Shown: in pieces, positions 54,990 to 64,000 of the stretch | Position numbering within the stretch: position 1 is the stretch's first letter | Layout of the letters: every line of letters begins with the position of its first letter | DNA from: Diplonema japonicum | Taxonomy: Eukaryota; Protista; Euglenozoa: Diplonemea | Length of the DNA stretch: 64,000 bases | Assembly (NCBI GenBank): GCA_964019335.1 | Contig: OZ025759.1 | Coordinates: 124,001 to 188,000, forward strand | Direction: 5' to 3' | Translations under genes and position numbers: made by a program | The notes under the pieces: generated by a model | The model's database searches: none | The model's input: the letters and a program-made list of their open reading frames with translations, nothing else | What the model was told of the DNA's origin: nothing

Positions 54990-56526
54990 ATGGAATGCCT
55001 GAAGGAGAGGGAGCGAGGTTGGACAAAAGCGGCTAAGGTACCGTTAAAGGATGTGTACAGCAGCCTGCTCATAGGGGACGTGTACCAAGAGGTCCCTATG
55101 GTACACCAGAGCAAGTCAAGGAACGTGTGCAACAGTCAGGGGAAGGCGTGGAACCCCATTGCTAGCAGGGTCAGGGCAAAGGACCCGCGGCCACTCTTTG
55201 GTGACATGGACTACTGCGACAAAGAGAGGCTGAGGAGGCAGAACCCTCACAAGGATCCTGTGGAGTGGCAATGTGGTTGCCCCGCTTGCAAAACGGAAGC
55301 TCCCCCCAGGCCCACAAAAGGTACAAACGGTGGTGTTGGCAAACACTCCGTTGTCTCTGAAGTGGCGTACACGTCACTGCTGACGACACCAAGACCTTTA
55401 CGGTGCCACAAAGCCCGACTCGACGAGGAGGGCAGGCCCGTGGAAAAGCCAAGAAGAGGAAGGAGCGTAGGTAGCCAGCAGAGTGTGGGGCGAGAACGGT
55501 ATCCAGCCATTCGTAGGGAACACGAAGAACACTACACGGAACGCCCTATAGAGGGTACGGTGCAGCTCGATGACGATGTATTCAAGATCACTTACAAGAA
55601 CGGCGATGTCTACCACGGACAGGTGCACAACAACATGAGGAACGGGAACGGGATCACCGTATACGCGTGTGGAGGGACCCTGTCCTGCTGGTGGGTGGAC
55701 GACAGGCCCAATGGGTACGGTGAACGGACATGGCCAGACGGATCTGTGTTTGAAGGTGTGTGGAGGGACGGGAAACCGAGCGGGCAGGGGAGGATGAAAT
55801 ACAGTGACGGGGGTATTTACCACGGAATGTGGTACAACGGGAGCCGAGACGGGCAGGGTGAGGTTTACGATCCCGTGTCGGGGACCGTGCTTCTTGGCTT
55901 CTGGGAAAACGATCAACAGCTCAGTATCACGTACAAGATAACCTCTGACGGCACTGCGCATATATACGACAGCGGCTCGTACATACCTGCGAGGATACCC
56001 GTCTTCTCTAAGATCTTGGAAGGACAGAAGCAGGCAACATCGACACCGACACCTGCTCCCAGAACCCCTGCGGCTTCGTCCTCGCCACCTGCTGTTTCAA
56101 CACCTTCTATCAGCTCATCGTCGGAATCGTTTGTCTCCCCAGCGAGGGAAAAACACACCCCTTTGGCGATGGGAAGGTCGAGGTCAGCACCGCAGATGCA
56201 GTACTTGGCGGACTGCGCCTCGGAGATGTCTGTATCACCTGTGCCAGTGGACGAGTACGTGTACATTCTACAAGGAGGCGACCAGTCCTCCTGCGACACT
56301 CCTTCCGAGCACAAGCTCGACTTAGATGCGATGAGCGGGTCACCTAAGATGTCCCCTTCGCCTCGTTACTCTAGGAGCCAGCAGCAAGTAACTCCACGGA
56401 GGGCCTCCTATTCACCAGAGGGCCTGACACCGGGTTACTCCAGGTATTGTACAACAAACATTTATAACTAAACACAGCAATGCGTCCCCCGAGTACTACG
56501 ACCACTCCCGTGTCAGGAGCTATTAG
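54990..56526 (+). CDS. MORN-repeat protein; probable terminal intron 56444-56477
   Basis: Repeats YKNGDVYHGQ..NGNG, WPDGSVFEGVWRDGKPSGQG and YSDGGIYHGMWYNG. A 34-nt GTATT..ACACAG intron extends the frame to TAG at 56526. Confidence 0.82.
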
Positions 56527-56825
56527 TTACCCGTCCTTTTCTTAGTTTGTAAAATAATAGACGGGTCTTGTGGAAGCACCTGGCATGAAGGTACATTCCA
56601 CCCCGTAGCCCCTTTTGTGCCGCATTAAACTAAACGCCGCTAGGGAGGCACCTCGGACTAATTTCAGCATAAGCCATTAATGTGTGTTCTACAGAGTACC
56701 GTAGCATCCTGGGCCGTTGGGCCATGTAATGTATTGTTCTTAGTTAGAAAATCTTTTGCAAACATTGTAAGCATGTAGGTGGGGTGGGGATGCAGAGTTC
56801 GTGTGTGTGTTGTGATGGAGATGGG

Positions 56826-59800
56826 ATGCGGATAGCATCGCAGGTGCACAGGCTGGCGGTGAAGCTGGCTAGTAGCGATGCTAGAGCGAGGCGGAGAGCA
56901 GCGGCTGACTTAAGAGCGCTGAACGATATGACATTAGGGGCTGATCCACAGAAGCTCATGCCTTTCATAAGGACTCTCCAAGATTCGCTTCAAGAGCTGA
57001 CAAATAACAGAACACTGCAGCCACGCATGGGAGCTGCGTGTGCCTGCCTTGAGCTGGGGCGCTCGATACACCTAGAAGACGTGCAGGTGGCGGCTATCCA
57101 CAAAATCGTGTACCAGCTGTTGGACACCTCGAACATCCCTCTAGCGAAGCTAGCGACGGATGCCCTGTGCGCTGTGCTGCGAAAGTCTGTTGTTCAAGGC
57201 GAAATAATAGAAGCGGAGTCGAACCGCTGCCGTGAGTGGATCACAGCGAAGAAGGACAAACTCCTTACCGCATGTGTTGTGCTGAAAGGTCTGTCCTCCG
57301 CTGCAGGTGGCTACATGGTTCCGCATGTCACAGCTATCATGAAGGATTTGTACTCCATTGTCAAAAGGACCGACAACGAGGAGTTGCTTCAGTATGCCTC
57401 CGAGGCCACTGCGTCCCTTGCGGCGTACCTCCTGCAACACGATACGTCCAACGGCCAGCACGCTGTTGAGGGCTTCTGTGCAGTTTTGCTCGGAGCCCTC
57501 CCAGGCGGCACGAAAGAAAGAGAACAGCGAGGGGCCATCACGGTGCTATGCAGCCTTGTGTCTAAGCTCCCCCTTAAGCTAGTCAACGCGACCATCGCTT
57601 CTGCGCTGCACACACCACAGCCGGTGCCTCTTATTGGGTTACTGATAGCCAGGATAGCAGAGATGGGGCCTCCTAAGTTTGCAGACTTGTTCGACAACAG
57701 CTTTGTTTGCCTTCGGAAAATTCTAACAAAGCACCCCAACAACAGCGTCGCCATGCAAGCTTTGAAGAGTTTGCTGACGTCTCTTCTGCAGCTATCCAAT
57801 GGCATCACAGTGCTGGTCCCTCATGTGAGCGCACTTTTGTCATACGTCCAAGGTAGCGATGACACCACTGCGGTGACTTGTCTCATAATGCTTCTGCGTG
57901 CTAAGGATGACCTGAAGCTTACCCGGTTAGCTTTAAAGAGAGTCTGTGACTTGAGAAGTGGCACCCGTGGCCCCCTTTTAGCAGACCTTGCAGCGCACCT
58001 CACTATGCGCGACGAAGTGCAGCAGCGCATCATGCAACTGTGTCTCAAGGAACTGGAGTCCATGAACACTGCCACGGTGATCGGTGCGCTCCAAGACCTT
58101 TCGCACGTCAAATTCACACCAGAGGATGCTAACCTACAATTTTTCACCACCTTTGTTGTTCCCTGTTGCCGCAGCCACAAGGATCCAGAAGTGCGTTGCA
58201 CGGCACGCGTGACCTGTCTTGCCATCCTTAGGCAATTCAACTTTGACAGCACAATCCTGAGGGAGGTCCTTACCTCTGTGATGTGCGATCTCGACATTGA
58301 TAACAGGATAGAAGGCATCAAGGCGTTGTCCGCGATCGATGATTTGTCACTTCTTTCTGAGAAGAAGTGCGCGCGAGCACTCTGTATAGGGCTCATGGAT
58401 GTTGACGAAGAGGTCAGGAGACTAAGCACGCAGCTGCTGTGCAGGATCTGCGCTTGCGTTCCACAGGCGGTAGCACAGAAGCTGAGCAACCACTTGAAGA
58501 ACTCCTACAGCATCCTTGAGAATTACCCGTGTGCGCACCACCAGTCAGAAGCTGCATATATGCTGGGGCTATGTTACACTGCATTAAAAAAGGCCGAGCA
58601 GGATATTCCTATCGATGCCGCCAAGCTCATGTCACTCTTCCAAAAGAGACTTCGAGAGTGCCTTCCTACCTCGATGCTGCAGTATGGGGTGCTCCGGTCT
58701 GTGGGACTCATCGCCGATGCAGAATGGGAGCTAGTGGACAAAATGGCAAAGGATCTCATCCCGCAGTTAGTGGCTGTGATCCAGCAGCAAGATTTGTCTC
58801 AGTGCACAGAGCCTGCGGTGACAGCTTTGAGGAGGGTATTGCAGTGTAGTGGTGGCGTATTCCCTGCATTCAAGGAACACTCGGGGCTGTTTGGTAGACT
58901 TCTGTCACTGCTGCATCACAGCAGGGGTGCTGGGTTTGGGACAAGACTTGAAGTTATGAAATTAATAGGAGTGCTTGGAGCTATCGAACCTTCGACAGCG
59001 AGAAGGCTGCAGACCAGCAGCAACGGGAGAGACTTCAAAAGTGATGTTTCACAGAAAGACTTTTCTAGTGCTTGGAGTTCCATAGCAGTGCTACTAGATG
59101 TGCTGAACCAGCCGTGGCACAGCTCATATCATGATCACGTGGCGCAGTCTATCGTGACAGTCCTCAAGCTCCTCGGTGCGCGACGTGCTTGTCTGCAGGT
59201 ACCGCGCATTGTTCCAGTCATCCTGCGCCTTCTTCAAGAAAAGAGCGGAAAGGGCGAGAAGTGCCCTGTCATGTGGTCCACCTTAGCCAACGTGCTTGCA
59301 ATCAACGGTACTGCTGCTGAAAATCTTCAGCCGAACGTTGAGCCCATCTGCGAGCTGATCACACAGAGGTGGTTCAGTGTGGATGACACCGAGCAGGTCA
59401 GCATGGCGAGTATCGTCAGCGAGCTTCACAACAACAAGTGCGACATCACACCTGTGCTGGATTCCTTCATCCCTCGCCTGTCGGACGCTGCTGTGCGAGA
59501 CAGAAGCGTCGAGAGGGTGCTGGCAACCAAGGCCTGCGTTGTGTTTGAGCAATTGCGCGACGTCCTGAAGCCTTACATGCATATGGCTGCCGTGTGCTTA
59601 GTCTCAGTGTTGACTGGTTATGAACAAACAAGCACTATGAAGTTGAGATGTTTGCAGTCCATTTCTTCCCTTTCGAAGACTGACACTTTGGGTGAGTCGG
59701 CTGTCCTGATTGCGCAGGCCCTCATGCAACAGCTATCGCTGAACGAAACGGAAGGTGGTGGTAACATCAAGTACGGAAGCTTCGTGATGTCAAACGCGAG

Positions 59801-62800
59801 TTTCAATAGCATGGCATCGTCTAAGAGCGAGGTGCTGAGCACTTACTATACAGAGATAGCTTACACTTTAAAAGAGATCTTGGACAGGTCGAGACACGTG
59901 TGGCCGTTAGCACAGGCCGCACGGGACATCCTGCGGCCGTACTACTTCGACGACAACCTGACTGACTCCATCATAAGGGGTACTAAGGAGAACCAGCCGT
60001 ACCAGCCTGCGAATCTCGCCCCCAATGTGTCCATTATGCGTTCGCACCTTCGTGTCAAGAAGGACTTCACCCACCGTGACTTCATGCAGTGGTTCGACAG
60101 GCTGTGCCTCACACTTCTTAAGGAGTCAACGAGAAGCGTCCTGAGGGCTGTGGCAACACCCGCCAGCGGGCTGCCTATCATCGCCAGGGGTCTACTGAAT
60201 GTGTCTTTCGCCGTGTGTCACCGTGATCTACAGTACGACAACCCTGAAGTTGCAAGTGAGATGCTGGATTTTCTCCAGAAGGCCTTACAAAGCGATGTAC
60301 CGGAAGATGTTTTGCGGCCATTGTTAGACTTGTCGGACTACCTAGAGAGGTTCTCGATGGTAGAGGAGCGGCTGGACCCGTCAGTAAACCCAAGCAAGCT
60401 GATGCGCATGGTTAATCCTTCGCATCAAGCGCACCTTGCAGAGAGGTGTGGGCTGCACACGAAAGCTCTCAGGTTGGCGGAGTGCTGTGATGTTTCGGAA
60501 GCGGTGTCTTACAGGCAGCTTGTACGGGTGAATGTCCACTTGGGTCTACCCGAGGCAGCGGAGGGCATTATGCGCATGGTGCAGAAGAGCGACATTAGCG
60601 ATGCCGAGATGTACGCTGACCTTGGGCTGTGGACAGAAGCCCTTGTACGCTACGAAGCACAGCTTAACACGTGCACGCCAGACACGCTTCCCGAGATTGT
60701 GGTGGGCATGATGACGGCATTAGACAAGAAGGGCGACTGGCACAAGATGCTTCAGTGTGTGGGAAAGTACTGGACGGAAGACCATGCTGGTTTAAAGGAG
60801 TCCATCGCACCCATGGTGACACACGGCGCGTGGCTCATGTCGAAGTGGGATCTTTTGGAAGAAGCCTCCAGCAAAATCCCCGACAGCGTGATATCGACTT
60901 CCAGCACGTTTTATAAAGCAGTTCTTGCCGTGCAGCGTGATAACCTTGCTGAAGCGTTGCAGCTCGTCGACCAATGCAGAAACGAAATCGATGAGAGGAT
61001 GGCAGCGTCCAGCTATCAAGCATACAGTCTTCGCGTCACGCTGCAACATCTAACCGAGATAGAAGAGATGATCGAGTACAAGACAACAACTTGTAACAAG
61101 CGACGAGTGAAGCTGAGGTCCCTGTGGACAGAGCGCCAGGAGACCATGCAGCTCAGCACCAGGCACATTCAAGACACCTTGACACTGCGTTCACTTGTGA
61201 TCCCCAAGCAGGATGACTTGGACAAATGGGTGAGTTTCGCAATGAACTGCCACAAGCTGGGGCAGACAGATACAGCTATTCAGATCTTAAATGGACTGAA
61301 AACAGAGGTGCAGCCGACAGAGAAGCTTAACCTGGCAATTTACGAGGTGCAGTGGGACACAGGTCACAAGAGCCGCTTAGAGTTGTTCCAGGCACTGAAG
61401 GAGGTGATCCAGAACATGGACCCTACTGGGCAGGAAGAGACACACGAGGAGTGCTGCCTCACCCTTAGCACGTGGGGGCTGCACCTGGAGAGGCCATTGA
61501 TGGAAATCCTCGACCCCATCCAGCGCACGACGGTTATACATGGGAGCTACACGTCTTGGAACCACTGGGCACTGCTGAATCTGCGCATTGTGTTCAGGTC
61601 CATGGCAAGGAAGTCAGAGCACTACAAGTATCTCGAAGAGTCCATCAGGGGCTTCCAGAAGTGTATCGAGTTTAGCACCGATAACGATTTGCTAATGCAG
61701 GATGCTATGCGGGTGCTGCATATTGCGAACGACTACCTTGACATGGTCAACACACCCAATGCCCTTAATACACTTATCAAGGAAGCATGCTTGTCTATCA
61801 AGCCCTCGTTGTGGTCCCTGCTCATTCCACAGGTTGTCACAAAGTTAAGCAGTAAAAAGCCTGAGCTCATGGAGCTCGGTGTGGAACTTTGCAAGAAAAT
61901 AGCAGATGCTGACCCGCAGGTATCACTGTTAAATCAAACTATTGAATCATAACACCACATAACACCACAGATTGTGTTGTTCCACTTGCTGGTCGACAAT
62001 AGCACAGGCGCCAAGCAGGTTTTGTATCGCATCAGGAAGTCGCAAAATACGTTAGTGGAAGAAGCTTCTGCAGTGGCGAAGGAGTTGATCCGTGTGACTG
62101 TGTCGTGGGAGGAGAAGTGGATAGGTGCTCTCGCTAAAATACATGCCCTGTTCTCCTCCAACAGTGCAACAGTTGAGAACGTGCAAGCATTGCTCAACCC
62201 GCTGTATGAGTTGTTGTTGAAGGCGCGCACCATGAGGGAACAACAGTTCATTACCAATAACCTTCAGAAACTGAAGGAGGCTCAGGAGGCACTTGTAGCA
62301 TGGTCTTCTGAGGCTCCTTTTGGAAACCCTTCGAAGGTAAAGCAACACTACATCGAGCTGTGGCGCAACCTTCATGAGTCCCTCGTCACTACCATCGATC
62401 TCAAGGAGATGTCACCAAAGTTGGCAGAAGCAAGGAACCTGCTTGTGGGCATTCCTGGTGTGAGCATATACAGCGATGTGAAGATCCACTCCTTTGAGCA
62501 CACAGTGCCCATCATCCTCTCTGTGCAGCGCCCCCGCAAGCTAAGCATCATAGGTACAGACGGCAACTCGTACAGGTTCCTTTTGAAAGGTAACGAAGAC
62601 CTCAGGCTGGACGAGCGTATCATGCAACTGCTTGCGATGGCGAACACGTTGCTGAAGAGGGGGTCTATCTACAAGATCGTGGACACAGTAGTGTACCCGG
62701 TCGTTCCGTTGGCGTGTGACATAGGCCTCATTGGGTGGGTGGATGACGCTGAAGACATCGAGAGGGTCATCAACCACGCTAGGCAAGAAAAGCAGAAAGA

Positions 62801-63962
62801 TGCCGAGATGCAAGTGGTGGCGGAGCATTTCGGTGTGAACAAGGTGGATTGGGACGCCCTTACCCACGAGAAGTCAGTGGAAGCACTTCAGGTCATCGAA
62901 GGAAAGTGTCCAGGTGACACCTTGCAGCTCGCGTTGTGGTTGCGCGCGGCGACCTCCGAAGTGTGGTTCGAAAGGCGCACAGCTTTCACACAATCGCTGG
63001 CTGTGATGTCAATGATCGGGTTCCTGATAGGGTTGGGCGACAGACATCTCGGGAACATCCTTCTGCACGGGCCCACAGGGCGTGTCGTGCACATCGATTT
63101 CGGAGAGTGCTTCGAAGCTGCTATGGAAAGAAAAGCGTTCCCCGAGTGCGTGCCATTCAGGCTGACGAGACAACTGCGCAATGCCATGGGCGTGGGCGGT
63201 GCTGAGGGCGTCTTCCGCCGTACGGCTATTGGAACCATGAGCACACTGCGGAACTCCAAGCAGTCCATTCTGGTCACACTGGAGTCCTTTGTCTATGACC
63301 CACTTATACAACAGGGCAAGCTGAAGCCGGATGAAGCAAAGCCGAAGAGAACTAGCAACAAGGCAGCACGTATCCTAAGGAGGGTGCAACACAAACTGGA
63401 AGGCACTGATGGGTGTTGCGACGAAGATGTGCCAATCAAGTATCTCACACCCCCGAAGCAGTACCCCGACAGCATCTACAGCCAAAGGGACGGCTACAAG
63501 ACGTACATTCAGGGTTTAGGAATTGCGTCCCTCGAGACGAACAGCATGATGAGCTGCTGCGAATGTGAGTATGACTTGATGTTCCCAGCCTGTGTCTACA
63601 CCCAGAGGGACAATGGTGTCTTCAAGAACATCTACGAGAGGTCACCTGTTGTTGAGTGCAAGGTCATGTGCCCGCAGGAACACTACATGATAGGAGTGCA
63701 CCAGATGAAGGCTTTGCAGACCTGTTACCAGTGCAAAAAGACAGCAACGACGAAGACGCAGTGCCAGTACCTATGTTGCCCTACGTGCGCTATTGACGTG
63801 TGCCCAGACTGCGTTGATGCCACGCCTACCGACCACCTTCTAAGCACTGACCTCCCTGGCACACGCGATGATGTCGTTGCACAAGTTGACAGGCTCATCC
63901 ACGAGGCCACATCACCCCACAAACTAGCGAAGCTTTATAAAGGCTGGAAGCCGTGGGTGTGA
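56826..63962 (+). CDS. TOR: Divergent TOR kinase (HEAT-FAT-FRB-PI3K-FATC); intron 61920-61970; start may be 56790
   Basis: LIGVLGAIEP, ELIRVTVSWEEKW, SVQRPRKL, FLLKGNEDLRLDERIMQL, GLGDRHLGNI, HIDFGECF, PECVPFRLTR, LESFVYDPLI and FATC QVDRLIHEATS. Confidence 0.92.
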
Positions 63963-64000
63963 TTGGGCAGCGTTTCAATTTAGTGTTGTGATTGCCTCAA

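Noticed and set aside
5306-61970. Most 3n-length introns contain in-frame stops (NMD-selection signature)
   Set aside because: Confounded by ascertainment: introns were found mainly through ORF breaks, and stop-free 3n candidates do exist.
1-64000. Numerous - strand ORFs and short poly-K/poly-F ORFs in the ORF track
   Set aside because: They are antisense shadows of + strand genes or translations of homopolymer tracts, with no recognisable motifs.

Overview
Gene-dense eukaryotic (protist) nuclear DNA. It is most consistent with a euglenozoan, probably a diplonemid; this is inferred from genome organisation, not from a marker gene. All ~26 protein genes, one tRNA-Thr(AGT) and four non-LTR retrotransposon fragments lie on the + strand. 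Many genes are only 43-150 nt apart, as in polycistronic, trans-spliced arrays. Nine genes are split by very small spliceosomal introns (mostly 31-56 nt, GTATG...CAG, A/C-rich 3' ends). I placed 18 introns by hand. 17 are needed to restore a frame or remove a stop, and one (40937-41038) is called from splice sites flanking a poly-T run. Two further stop-free 33-nt candidates are hidden inside ORFs. Recognisable genes are an RNB/Dis3L2-like pseudonuclease, EFHC/RIB72, a CAF1/PARN nuclease, a SNAPC4-like Myb protein, an LYR protein, a PabC-like class IV aminotransferase, LRRC57, EMC6, a PPR protein, a NAT16-like GNAT, a Rad16-like SNF2, a soluble adenylyl cyclase, a HAD hydrolase, a PKD2-like channel, a divergent mitochondrial carrier, a MORN protein and a divergent TOR. 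The best unexplained signal is a ~345-nt highly base-paired non-coding segment (8900-9245) with UUCG/GNRA-capped hairpins that matches no RNA class I recognise. All family calls are by motif recognition; no searches were run. Homopolymer-rich stretches may contain sequencing errors.
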